Assembly: GCA_053919585.1 (NCBI GenBank)
Contig: CM132796.1
DNA: 64,000 bases
Source of the DNA: Euprymna scolopes
Lineage: Eukaryota
Direction: 5' to 3' (one strand)
Position numbers and translations under genes: made by a program. The notes under the pieces are model-generated. The model had not been told where the DNA came from and did no database searches. It saw only the letters and a program-made list of their open reading frames with translations. Shown here one piece after another: positions 24,185 to 38,600 of this stretch. Every line of letters begins with the position of its first letter. The stretch's first letter is position 1.

Positions 24185-27100
24185 ACAAATTAGAAGCTTT
24201 CAACTTTTTCTTTTGTTATTTTAGAATGTCGGGATGACTTTTGCGCTAACAGTGAAACGTGCCAGATGAAAAACGGCATCCCAGAATGCCTGTGAGTAAT
24301 GTTTCTTTTTCTTTCCTTTATAAGTCATATTTAATCAAAAGAAATAATATGGATTTATTTGATATTAAAGTAACATTACAATACTTATAAATAATGAACC
24401 AGTTACTTACTGTAATATCCCTCTCGAGATTTTTACTCGGTTAAATGTAGTGCCAATTTTCATGTAATGCGTATCCCGAATTTTCATGTAATGCGTATAC
24501 ACAATTTCTGACAATAAAAAAATATCAAAATATTGTGTGGGCCAATCGATTCTCGCCGTTCAATCCATTTCGCGCGAATTCTTTATCCAAATATCCACAA
24601 ACCTCATTCATAAAACGTGATATGGTTACAATGCTGTTCAAATTACACATTTTGTAGGATGGGTTATGGAATGTCATCGAGTCGAGATAAAAATAGAATT
24701 ATAAATGATGCTGGTATGATTAAAATGTAAGAATATAAAAAAATTCTAAACTAGTCGCTAAACGAAAATGTACATTTGCACTATTTTGTTTATTTTTCAA
24801 ATGTTTTGTTTTCTGAGATTTCGTACAAACAACCGAATAAACTTTGCAGTTTCACCTGAAAGTTCTTCAATACAAAATTAATCGTAAAGTTTTATGAATT
24901 CATTATTTATTTATAACAATATCTGTTTTGTATTTTTATAGCAAAGTGAATTGTTGTAACAGCGTATGTCTATCTAAATACAAATTATTTTCTCACATTA
25001 TAATATTTATAGGCTTAAAAACAAATGATAAATTTGCCATAAAGAAAACAAGACTACGGCTTTATTTTAAAACGTTTACTGAAAAAATCAATTCGGGTAA
25101 CTTGATTATGACATCTATAAAATGTAGTCGTTTTCAACATCGATCATTGCCTCGATACGGGTCCGTGGCGATAACTCTTGGGATGGCGGCAATCACGCTG
25201 GCTTTGATGTTGTGGGAGGTCATGTTTATGATGTTCTCGACGTGTGACCAAACGGAATAGTTTAACGGATGCAGGTAGTGGTTGGAGGGAGGGCAATGAA
25301 AGAAGGGTATAAAGTCGTACCACTGTTTCTTAAGCCAAGCCTTTGTTTCTTGTGACTTGTGGACCGGTGCCGAATCCTGCTGCCACACCCAGCGTCTGCC
25401 AACGGTTACCTGATTGCACCAGGAAATCACCACATTCTTCAGCACATCCAGATACACTTCGATGTTTACTTTCAATCGGAGATGTGAGGTGGCATGATGT
25501 GGCACTCACTTAAAACCAGTAAAGATCATAACCGTAGCTGGACACTTCGTTGAGCTGTGCCCAAAAACGTTGATCCGTCCGGAACTGCATTTTTAGGGTG
25601 CTGGCAATGGACCTATTGTCATAAGTTGGATCGGCAGAGAACATGAGCTGGGCAGGGGCTCATCTCGGATCTCGCTCGTTGAACATTGTGTCACTTTAAG
25701 ACATGATAGAAGGCTCCTATCGCTATTGGGCTTTGTACACAAGTGCCAAACTAGTGGAGAGTCTGCAACAATGCCATCTTTTTCAGGGCGACAATTTTAT
25801 CTTTCCACCCTGTAGTTGCATATTCACTCCTAAAATATACGACATAATCACGTTTGGAACCCAGGTTCTCGTCAGATTACAGAAGTTAAGTAACAATGAG
25901 CCTGGCCAGTGCAAAATGGGTGACCGTTTAGGGCTTTCGGGTGCTATATGTGCTCTTAGCTTATCTCATTTTCTTCTTGCCACTGGACTCAGTATCGATT
26001 CAGGAGAAGTGTGATCAGAGATTGCGCAACCCTAGCCAAAAAATTCCTAAAATAATTAACCGATCATTATAAATTTTGGAAACAACTGCTACGCGTAAAG
26101 TGTGCAACGTATTCTATATTTATTTTACTTAGTCTTACGTAAACACAGTCAAGAGATGTTAACTCTCTTTGTTAAAATGTGTATATCTCTGATTATTTTA
26201 AACTTTAACTATGAGTACTAGATATCAACTGATACGATTGTTCAAATTTTAGACTTTTGTGAGTGAGTAAATAGTGGTATTGGAGAGACAAAATGTGAGG
26301 GCAGAATCGCATTTAAATATTTCAGATTTACATTGGACATTACCTTAAAATTAAAATTCCCTTAATTTTAATTTATTCTTAAATCTCCTAATACTTAAGC
26401 GGGAACGTTTAGATATTTTTAGAATCAAAGTCATGAAATGGGTATTTCTCGACATTTGAATTAGGGTTTTAGACATAAGGTTAAATATCATTATATCTTG
26501 ATTTTTTAACTTTTGCCATGGACCATAAATTTGTTACAAAGTTGATATGTCCATCGAATTAATCTTACTCGTTCTCTGACGAGTATTCCATTTTTATATG
26601 TGTAAATATCAATTTGTCTATCGCACATATTATCGTCCCCTGTTTTATAATGTTTTCTACTCGTTTCAGATGCAAGGAGGAGAACGTGAATTTCCGATGC
26701 GTCCGTATTATAAGCGAACAACAGTCATCGGGAGGAAGCAAAAGTGAGTAACGTATTTGCAAAACGTGTTTCGAGCCAATGAGTACACTTCAGTGCAAGA
26801 TCACGTTTAACATCTTCACCGTTTCTTAATAATATAAGAAAACGCGTAGGTAATACTGTAATAGACGTTAGGAGCCGTGCGGGCTTGAACAGAGAAAATA
26901 ATTTCCAACTCTAACAAAAGATTAGTAAAAAACAAACAATTAAATTATCATCCATGTGTAAAACAGACAACAAATAAATATATGTAGAATAATCAGAACA
27001 CATTATTTGACATTAAATTTATATAATAACTAGCAGGACCTGTTAACCGACTTTGCCCGGTGGAAGCCTGTATCTCCTCGTAAAAATAGTAAACTACAGT

Positions 27101-30100
27101 TGTTGTTGGTGGGCACTGCCGTCCCTGAACAATTACAGACACTGGCGGCCGTGACCGAAATGAAATAATGTGGCTTTTACTGGCGATTAACGATGGGTTG
27201 GCGTGATAACATGCAGGTACTGTTTTAATTAAAAAAAAAGAAGTAATTAAGAGAATGTATAAATCAGTATGAATTAATAAAATTACGCATTTCGGAATAA
27301 TAATGAAAAGTAAAAACAGAAGTTTTAGAGGTAAAGGATCCTCAATGTATATGAAATGTTTAGTGTGATCGAAATAAGCGGTAGCAGTCTTAGCTGTTTT
27401 CATTTGTTATTAAAGTCTTCCTCTTCTTTGAAACTCTTCCACCAATAATATAAAATTAAATTCCAGTTCATGTCGTCTTTTTAACGTGTAAAACAAAAAA
27501 TTACAACTTTTTCACTTCACTTCTTTGAGTATTGTCATGTTAAGAACGGCATTTGGAATAGACATCCCAAATTCCCCATGTTAAGAACGGCTTTCGGAAT
27601 AGACACCACCAACCTCCCCGTCTTAAGAACGGCGTTTGGAATAGACACAACCAACATCCCCCATGTAAAGAACGACTTTCGGAGTAGGCACTCCCCATTT
27701 GTAGGAGGATGTGGAAAAATATTTCCCTAAATCTAACTGATATAATCATTGTCTGCATAACCACTGGAAAATGCTATAAAAAGGAGAGAAATAGATTTGA
27801 TTATTGCGTGTGCGTACACACCTGGCAGCCAGTGAATTACAGTGCATAATACAGGTCTTTATATCTCTTTAAGCACTTGTCTCCTCAAAATTTGAATGAG
27901 ATATTCTTAAGCAGCATGGTCGAAAACCTAGTTAAGTACTCATTCTAAAGAAAATTGTGGAGGTGGACCTAATGAACAAATTTACCCCCTCCCACATAAA
28001 ATAAGTGTTTGTTGTTTTGTCTTCAAAGCGAAAGAGAATGAGAGAGAGAGAGTAAGAGAGAGAGAGAGAGAGTTGGGAAGAATATATACAACGAGAGAAT
28101 TCAGTAGACTGCGCAGGTTTAAATAAAGTGTATTTCAATGAATTACATAAAAACGTAACTATGTTTAAAAAATATAATTATTTATTGAAATAAGTGTACA
28201 AAGCGAGCGAGCAATTTACTCAGGATCAAAATAGATATCATTGCGACGCCATGTTTAGCAGGCTAATAACATCAAGCCGGAATATAGGAATGGCCAGAGC
28301 TCATCCCTCCTCTGCCTTAGAATCTGTCATTAGCCAACATCTAATTGAAAATCCAGCTTGTGCTAATACATATTAAATGGACTTTTTTTTAGAATATTGC
28401 ATCGGGATGACTTTCAATATCATTTAAAGATTTTGGAGACAGTCTCGATTTTTTCAGGCAAACCGTATCTCTGTCGATAAAAAGAATTTTTGAAATGATT
28501 TGGCTTTCTCTGAGATATATTTTAATCATTCCTATCCCCTCCATCTCCATTGTACATATATTTTATGATATTGTATATATACTAGCATTTCAGCACGGCG
28601 TTGCCCGAGTGTTTGGAGATGTATGTTGGGGGAGAAAAAGCGGTCAATTTTTTTTACCTGACCCCTTAAAATTTATCGTTTTAGGCTCAAATCGAGTTAT
28701 TAAGTTAGATCCGTGTCCACGGAACTTATATCTAAAATTTCAAATGTTTAGACCCAAAATTGTCGGAGGAGTTTGGTAGATTTCTCAAACTTTGACCCCT
28801 TAACAGCCAAATCTCTGGCCGAAAACTGATCACAAAGATTTTCCCAAATCTCAGTACCCTGTATATCAAATGTCGGGTCTATGAACTTAAAATTGACAGA
28901 GTTATTGCGTAGGGAAATGTATACACACAGACACGCAGACACGTTCACTTTTATAGATATATAGATTTTACAGGAATTTCCATTCGCTTTTTTTACTCGT
29001 ATAGTAGTTGCTCTTGCGTGACAATTTGATTGTTTTTTTAATATCTGTTGCTATCCAACGATTAACTCCTAGGATTTTTCTCTATATTATTTTTAAAACG
29101 ATATATAAATCTGTATACAAATATTTATAGTTACTTAATTAGTTTGTTGTCAATAGCAATTTTATTTAGTTTTAAACTGAACGATTCTTAGAGAACGTAT
29201 ATTTGTTTTATTTTTAACAGAAGTATGGAAGATACCTGTGGGAATCATCGTTTCTTTGATTTTGATCGCAGTCGTCGTCGGAGTTCTGTACTTTCTGTGG
29301 CTCAAAAGAAAACGGTAAGCAGAAACGGATATCGTATTACTTTCAAATACTAAAGTATTTTTTTTTTTAATTGTGTTTCTGTTGTTCACCATAAAATAAC
29401 CAAGTGAAACATGCATGGCCTCCGTATGTGCACAGTGAACGAGGCATGAAGAAAAATGGCTTAGTTCAGGACCCCCCCCCCTATTTAGCCACAAAAATTC
29501 ACAGGGGACGTCAAATCCTGGTGAAAATTAAAAAACGGTGCAGTTTAAGGCCTTAACACATGTAAATTTGAGTTATGCATCATGCCAAAAAAGAAAAGAA
29601 ATGACTAAGTTCCTCATTTGCACCCCCCCATTTAGCCCCAAAAGTCCCCAAAGCCTTAACATGTTTAAATTTGAGCTCGGCACAATGCAAAACTGCTAAA
29701 TAGACATACACAGAAAATGTTGAACAAATATGGTAAAATAGTCCCAAAAATGGAGTGTTTTTATCAGCCCTAAAGGAGCCCCCGGGGACATCCCCAAGAG
29801 TTATCGCGAAGTACAGAAAAAAACAAAATTATATAGAAATCAGTTAGTTACAACTTTTCAGAAAGTTTTATAAAAATCCAAGATATCAATTTTTTTAATA
29901 AGCACAAAAGTATAAATTTTTGCGATTGTAACCCGTATATTTTAATATACGTTACTGATGCAGGAAACACTCGAAACTAGATCTGATAATTCCCAGACTA
30001 CTCTATCACAACCAAGGGGGGGCAACCGGAGTTTTCCAGGAAAATCCATTCTGTTACTTTTTTACTCATACATTGTTTAATGTTTGTGCAAAATTAAAAA

Positions 30101-33100
30101 AAAAAAATCCAAGACGTAGTTATTGAGAAAAGTGAGGACAGACGAGCGGACGAACGGATGAAAGGACGAGGGTGAATTTACAGTTCCACCTTCCTTTTGT
30201 CGGGGGACCACAAAAAAAGAAAAGAAAGAATGATGGTTTATATGTAACATTTAGATTGTTCAGACTTTTGTTATGAGAATTGATAATATGTGTTATTTGA
30301 AACGATGGATATTTTCAATCCTTATCCCCAAAAGTCGGAAACATTCTATCAAATCGATCGGGACTCGACTTAATACAAAAATGAAAACAATTCGATGCAC
30401 TTTCCGTTTCATAAACAACTACATTCTTTTTCATCGTTCACCAATAATAGCTATTGTTACAATACAAATGAAGAAGGTCAGAGTTTAAATTACCTGAGCG
30501 GCTGTAAGACTAACAATCGAAATGAGAACACTTGCGCAAGCAATCCGAATAATAAACTCATATATGCACTTTTGATTGGTTTTGGCGTGGTTCTTATTGC
30601 TACACAATTACCGTTTCTGGGTGTTTAATTGTCTACAACGTAGCGTCAACATCGCTTGATCAGTCGTCACCAAACTTGGTCAAAAATATCAGTTATTTAA
30701 TTTACCTTCTTTCCAAGATCAAGAGCGGGTTTTCATAAAATCTTTTTTGTGGAACGGACAGGATTCGAACTTGGCACACGCAGGGTTTTTTTTTTTTTGT
30801 CCGTGTTTTAGTACTTGTTATTAATCGCTTAACAAGTTAAAATATTATACACGATCTAACTTTGAACCGATTTTACTTTCGGATATATAAATCAATAGTG
30901 CAAATCAAGGTCATGGAAAAGCTGAAAATCACATACTGGGTGATAACTTTAATTCGATTCATCACAAACGCTCTGAATTACTTAACTTTAATCCGATTCA
31001 TCATAAACGCTCTGACTTACTTAACTTTAATTCGATTCATCATAAACGCTCTGACTTAACTTTAATTCGATTCATCATAAACGTTCTGACTTACATAACT
31101 TTGGTTAGATCCATCATAAACACTCTGACTTACATAATTTTGGTTCGATCCGTCATAAATGCTCAGACTTACATAACTTTGATTCGATCCATTATAAACG
31201 CTCTGACTTATATAACTTTGAATCGATCCATCATAAAAGCTCTGACTTAGATAACTTTGATTCGATCCATTATAAACACTCTGACTTTCATAACTTTGAA
31301 TCGATCCATCATAAAAGCTGTGACTTACATATCTTTGATTCGATCCATTATAAACGCTTTGACTTCATATATGCATGTAGTTCAGAATTATACATTGCTA
31401 ACACGTGTAAATTTAAGTGGCTTTTTAGCATGTATAGAGTTGTCGTTGAAGACTGAAAATGTATTTATTCCAAACTATCGAATAGCGAATAGCGAACGTT
31501 CAGGTGAGATAAATTTGACCTCTAAGCAACCTTATGAAGAAAATACTCGGACAATAATAGACAGCAAAAATGGAACCCAACATGCGATCAGTTTCGAATA
31601 ATGTTGTAACAGGACGTGTATAAGTGCGTGGAAAATATCAGCAACAGCTGTAGGATAGCTGGCTTGTGAAGATATTAGAAGGAGAAAAAAAGGGGGGGAA
31701 AATACTCCACGTGGTTGGGCGGGAGAAACAAGGTCCGCGCCAAAGGAGATAAATGTGTAAAGTTAAAAGCGGCGTGATGTCTGAAGAGAGAAAGAAAAAC
31801 GCGAACCGGCTGAGATATATGTGTGCCCCCGCTGTGATGACGAGCAACTTTTAAGCTGGTGTCGAGACGGCAGGGTGTTGTTAATCTCATATCAGATGAA
31901 ATAATCTGTTAGAGAAAATAAGAAGCATGTATTGTTTGGAAATGAGTGTCTTTTGCTAAAGCAGAAAAAAAAGCCGAGTCGAATTTATTTATTTTTGTTT
32001 GTTCTTTATCGACGATCCCGGACGGCATGGAGGTAGGAGACAGGTTTGAACCGTAACGATCATAGTCGAATTTACCGGCCACGTTATAATATTAGACAAA
32101 AATATGTGTGGGAATGGTTTGTGCATATAATCGCCACAAGCATATAAAAGAAGAGAGAGAGAGAGAGGATGTGAGAGCGGGGTGAGAGGGGAAAAGTTGA
32201 GAGTGATACGTCACTGGTGCACGAAACTATCCAAACTGGTTCTAATAATTTCCATACTACTCTATCACAACGCAATGTTTCTGTGTGTTTTATATGATGT
32301 TTGTGTGGCCCATATAAAAAGAAAGGTTAGAAAATCTACTTAAGATCTAAGAATGTTTTCTATAAAATTAACCAGGAAGACAATGGAAGTGCTTCTGAAT
32401 TCATACGTGCATTTCTATGTGAGCTGTAAGGAATTATCACCTTGACACTTCTAAGATATCCTATTTTATGAAAATTAAATCCTACGTACAATCTCTAAGT
32501 TTCATCTCAACCTAAGGGAACTATGGAGATTGAACCTAATTTAAAACTTAAAAATACCATATTTTCATAAAATTTATATCATATGAATATCATTCTCTAG
32601 AAAAGATATTGCAAGTGGTTCCGAATCTTTATCGTATAAGAAATTATTTATTTAATGTTATTTAATTTTTCTTTTTTGTTAGTCAAAAGTCTATTAAAAT
32701 AACTGTACACAAGAAATACAACTTTCGTTAATAATAATAAAGAGCGGTATCTATTTATTTTTTTGACATAGGCATCACCACCTATCAAGGCCCAGAGACC
32801 ACTCGTGGATAAAGGTTAAGAGTGCACAGTAGTCAACTGAACAATATAGTAATTGTTAGTAATAGAAATTCGGTAAATGTGTTAACTTATATGGGACGGC
32901 TCATCAAGAACTTGTTTACGATGGACTTGGAGACAATCATATTGTAGTCAGCTTGAAAGCAGAAGAACGGAAGACAATTCCACAGGCATGCAGTTCTAAG
33001 AAAGAAGCTTTTCCATGGAATCTACATTTAGGTTTAGGCACAGATATAGAGTGGAGAGAATTATTGATAATGTTTTCAGCTAGACGAGTGTTTCTTGTAA

Positions 33101-35574
33101 CGTTTGGCGTGGAGGATCATAGATTGAAGCTCAGTCGAACACTTGCCATGTAAATAACGATAAAGCAGAGACAAAATCTTCTGTGAGATAGAGGTTGCTG
33201 AGAAAAGTAAAGGACATCTCCTACAAGGATACGAAGTCTATTTTGAACTCTATCAAGGCAGGACAAGCCCTTTCTAGCAGCTCCTGTCCAGATGTGGCAA
33301 AAGTACTCCATCCTTGGACGAACTTGGCTCTTATATAGATAGGGAATTGCATCAGCAGTGAGATATCTACTGGATCGATAGAAGGATCCCACCATTTTTC
33401 CAGCGGCCTTGGCAACATATTTGATGTACGTGTTCCATTTCAGATCAGGAGAAAAGGTCAAGCCCGGAAGTCAAAACGCCTCCTGAAGACGAGAGCCATT
33501 CATTTCAATTGATGCCAGATGTGGATCAGAACGTTGATGATGTAAAGATAGAAGCTTGGTTTTAGATGCATTAAAAGTAACCAGCCACTTCTTTCCCTAT
33601 TGTACCACGTGCTCAAGATCAGAGGAGAGAGAATCATAGAGACCTTGGCCGATTACGGTCTTAGAGGTGCTACCATAGATAGAAGTGTTATCAGCATAAA
33701 TGTCTGCGAATGATATAAGGATGTGATTTGGAAGATCATTAATGTAAATCAGAAAGAGAGTTGGGCCCAGGATGGAACCTTAGGGACTCCAGCATTAATA
33801 CTGTGAGCTCCTGACTTCTGCCCAGTAACTACTACTCTTATGAACCTATCAGAGAGAAATGATTTAATAATTGAGAAAACATTTCCAGCTATACCATAGC
33901 TAGACATCTTGTGAAGTAAACCTTTATGCCATACCCTATCAAAGACGTTTGATATGTCAAGAGCAATTGCCCTAGAAAGGTTGCCTCTGTCGAGCGATTC
34001 GCTAATCCTATGAGATATAACTGTAATTTCTATTTCTATAAATACGTATAATAAGTACTGTTTTCTTATTTTATTATAATTGGATCGAAATATGCGCTTA
34101 TTTAACTTCTGCGGCATGAGTAACTTATGCGGAATCCGCGTTAACACTAATATTGAGTTGAGTTAATCTAAATCTAAATAACTGAAATTTTCAGACTTAT
34201 GACCATTTTAAATATCAGAAAAATAATTTGTGATGTTTTAATGGACGATTTCAGAAATGTATACGCAAATAATTATTGGCATATTGCAGCTAAATATGCA
34301 CTTGTTTATAACAGAAATCGATTGTTTTTATAGGAAACCCTTTATCAGCGATTGTACAGAATAGTTAATAGGGGAACACGAGGTTAAAATAAAACAGATC
34401 TCATTCATAAGTTTCACTGCTGTTATACTGTCTCCGTTTTTTTTTTCAAATTCCATCTCCTCCGAAACGGTAAGGTCGCACAACGATGCAAAACGGCTAA
34501 AATGATTACATTTTTGTTTTTGTCTACCGTTCTTTTATGGTTCTTTAGCCTGTTAAAATAGTTTTAATGAGTCAACATTGGAAGAAATCGTAACTTGCCA
34601 AGCGTGAATCAACTGAAACTACTCTTACACGCATGCGCAAATCGTTATACATTTTATACATTTATACGTTTGTTTATGTTTAATAATTTCATATCCGATT
34701 GATGATGGTCCAGTGGTAACGTGATTAACTTTTAATCCTAGTGTGTTGCTATCGGTTTTGGTTTCAATTGTAGCTCATGGCACTCAAGTGATACTTGTTA
34801 AAACTTTTGTAATCACAAGTGGGTACAATATCATATCAGACAATCAATAGAAAATTGTCTGATATGAGATTATATACGAAATCTAACTAAATTAAGATAT
34901 ATTTAAGCGTATTTTATGACCTGGAAACGCTTAGAACCTCGCTAGTATTCAATAAATTATTATTATCAAATGCAATACACGTTTCTTTCCTACCTAACTG
35001 GATATTTTTATGTTTTAAAGTCTTTTAATTTTTTTTTTTATTATTTAAATTAAGTTTCTGTTAAAGTAAAATCTGGTTACTTCCAAATGTCAAAGTAGCT
35101 GAATCAAGTTTCTGGAAATCATCAAAGTTTTGATTAATGGGCTTTTCGTCTTTGGGGTTAAAAAACAAACAAACAAAAAACGTAATATAATTTATTCTTC
35201 TGCTCATTGAAAAAAGAAAAAAATGGTTGGTGATTTCCGGAAACTTTGAATCAGCCATGTTGACATGCTGCTGTAACCAGATTGTACCTATTTACTATGC
35301 CTCCCCACGGGACAAAGTTAGACACCAGGGTCGTTTTTTAACGTGGAGAAAAGGTACAAAAATAAAAATTGTCTCAGTCGTGAAGGATTTCTCCTCCACT
35401 GAAAGAGAACAAGAAATAGAAGTGCAGCATCTGAAGAACAGATACTACACTTTGATCTTGAACAAAAGGCCAAGGATTAAGTTGAACAAATAATTTCATT
35501 AAAATAAAAAAGCTTTCAGAGATATAAAAACATAAAAATTCGGAGATAAGTAGAAAAATAACTTAAGTGATAGT

Positions 35575-35609
<35 letters not shown>

Positions 35610-38600
35610 CCTCTCTCTATCTATCTGTCTAATTATCTGACTATCTATCGATTGGCAGGTCAATCTATCGATTGATCTAAACATATAAATGAAATGATAT
35701 CTATTTTTAAAATGTTTGAATGCTTTGTCGCCCTGATAAACATGAAAATAAGTGACTTTCCATTTTTTTTGCATTTAAAATTTTTGTTTTTAACAGACAA
35801 TATTCCTTTGATGGAAAAATCAAAGGAGAAGGAATCCCAAATCCTGCTTACGACTACGGCACTAATTTACCATCTGACGTAAGTCTCCATGCGCTTCTCT
35901 TGTCTATACACTTACGATATCGATACATTTGCACCTTAGAAATCTCAAATTAAAGCAACTAATCATTAGATTAAAATAATCGGCTTTTATTTAAGAAAAA
36001 TGGATCTCAAACTAAAATAATCACATCGAAAGAATATATTCAGTTTAAATTAAAATAACTGAATTTGAAATTAGAATAATACTCTTTAGTGCTGGTACTA
36101 CTTCAAGTGGCCGACAATACTTTTTGGACACTTTAGTATTCGACTTTTCGAGTACTGTAGAGTGGCGAAATTCCTTCAATAGAATGGCATAAACATATAA
36201 AGACAATACGTGTAATAAAAATGGAAGAAAATCGATTAGGTAAGGAAAAATATTTAATTTTCATAGTTTTTACAAAACACACGCGACATTATTTTTCGGA
36301 CATCATTAAAAAACTGTTATTAGTCTGTAATATCACTTTTCTTCTCAATAACCTTTATCAATCTCTCTTCAGAATGATCAAACATATGCACAATATCATA
36401 TCTACGTGTTTCTATTAGTTGTTTTTTGGCATCTAGTATTCGCTCCCATAGTTGAGTCTCTTTCGTTATGTCAGGTCCATCATAGACAAGTTGCGCAAGC
36501 ATTTTCCAAACATTTTCCATTACATTTAGATCTGGGCTTTTTGTAGTCCATTCCAAAGTAGTCATATTCACTTTAGCCATCCATTCTTTTATGAGTTTTG
36601 ACACATGGATGCTGCAATTGTCTTACTGTAGAACGAAATCATTTCCCATCTCTCTTCTTATCCTTGGTAAGGCTTTCTCGTCCAGTAACTGTTTGTAGCT
36701 TTCGCTGTTCTGTCGTCCTTTCAGCCACTCCAACCATATATTTCCATTAGCAAAAACCATACCCCAAACCATAACTCCTCCTCCTCCAATCTGTCATTTG
36801 TTCAGTACAACAGGCTCACCCCTTCTCGACCAAGTACACCATCCATCAGGCCCATCAAACTTGAAAGGTTTCTCATCAGTAAATATAACCTTCTTAAAGT
36901 CAACATTCTTTGTTAACCACCTTTTAGCATTCTCCAGTCTTGCTTCTTTGTGTTTCTTTGTTAGTGTAATTTTTTTCTTAGCCTTTGCATACTTCAAACA
37001 CATTCTATGCAGCGTCTTTTGTACTGTTCGGATGTTTACATCTAATTCACACTTCTCCTTCACTTTTATTGCTGTAACTTTTTCTCCAGATGTCAAAAGT
37101 AGTGTCACAGTCCTCTTCATTCTCCTTTCAGTCCTCTTGCCAATTGATCTTTTCCGTCCTCTCTTCTTTTTCCGCTCGGAGTTTGTCTTCTGCTTGTATT
37201 CAACCGTTGATTTCAACAGCTTCAAATCCATAACGTTCCTTCTGATGCTGAGACAATCTTCTCGCATCTTCAGTGTCAAACAAACGACTTCTTTTGAATG
37301 CATTTTACCTCATTAAACTTAATTCTTTTGTCAGTAAAATAGAACAGATAATTGATTCCAATGATGACAGCTAAGTGTACAGGCAGAAATTTTGCATACA
37401 ACAACATATACATGAACATAGCTCTTAATAAAATAGGATTTTTTGTCGTGTCCGAAAAATAGTGTCGCGCAAATTTTTGCAAAAATCACAAAAAAACTAA
37501 AATTATCAAAGCCAAACTAAAAAAATGATTACACTAGTAGTGGATTTTCACTCTTCAACTACGTACTTACAATCTCAAAACCACCTTGATATACGTTTTT
37601 CAAAGTGTCCGGAAAATATTGTCGAGCCCCTGTACTAGGTATCATAATTTCTATCTTTTCCGTACTTCTACTGTTTTATACGTAGTACAAAAGAAACGTA
37701 TTTGTGAAACAATTTTGAAAATACGCTATTTAGTATTTGCAAGGTAAAAGGAAGTATCTGTGTTGAATTAATGGCACTGCTTTTTTCATAAGCACCAACA
37801 TTAGAAATTATCTTTATACAGTAGACCCCCGGGATACGGCATAAAAATTAGTAGCAAAATACAGTACATTATATAATAAAAAAAGAAAATATTATAAATG
37901 ACACCGTAAAGCGGGGGAAACACCGAAACCAGGATCGGGAAAAACATCGTATACAACATCGTAACCTGAAAAATCTGTATCCTAGGGCCACCGTATTTCG
38001 GGGTTTTACTGTAATATGAAAATATTCGCTTTCGATTAGTGTTGACTTTGTGTGTACTTTTGGCGAATTATAAAAATACTAATTAGTTTTAAAAGTTCAT
38101 ATAAGTTATTTTTTGGATCATGTTTTATACGTAAAAATCCTGTATAAGTTGTCAAGGTGACGAATTATTTCTGTTTATTTTATAGTTAAATACGACGGAT
38201 GATTTGGAACCACCGATGTTTTCTGAACAAGTTTGGGTAAGTGTGGTTTGTCTTTGATGAGGAAAATATTAAAGAATTGTTCTTCTATTTTCCGTAATAT
38301 GTTCAATACGCTTGTGTCTAACAAGGCTGGTGTAAATATTCGATAGTTTAGTCGACGATGAATAATTTAATAATGCAAGAGAAAATGTAACATTTTAAAA
38401 GCATGTTACAAACTGTAAAGAGAAATATCTTAAATTTAAAGCGTATATATACCTCCGCCATTGTTTCTTCATTATTACATGTCTTTGAACAGTTTCCAAG
38501 ATTTTACGTAGATCTTTGAATTTTCAATGTATTCCCTAAGATCTTTAAAGCTCTACCGGCTGGGCAGTAGACGAAACATAATGCGGTGTCACATCGTGTG

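Noticed and set aside
30943-31366. CRISPR-like array or coding repeat (ORFs 30862-31059, 31257-31601)
   Set aside because: No spacers; the ORFs arise because the 39-bp unit is a multiple of three.
35227-35493. Duplicated small protein ([11 protein letters not shown]..., also at 43848-44093)
   Set aside because: Translation of a dispersed non-coding repeat; the flanking frames differ between copies.
36798-37316. Long plus-strand ORFs (also 46947-47408, 48316-48630, 54386-54688)
   Set aside because: Antisense shadows of transposase, integrase or eIF3e frames.
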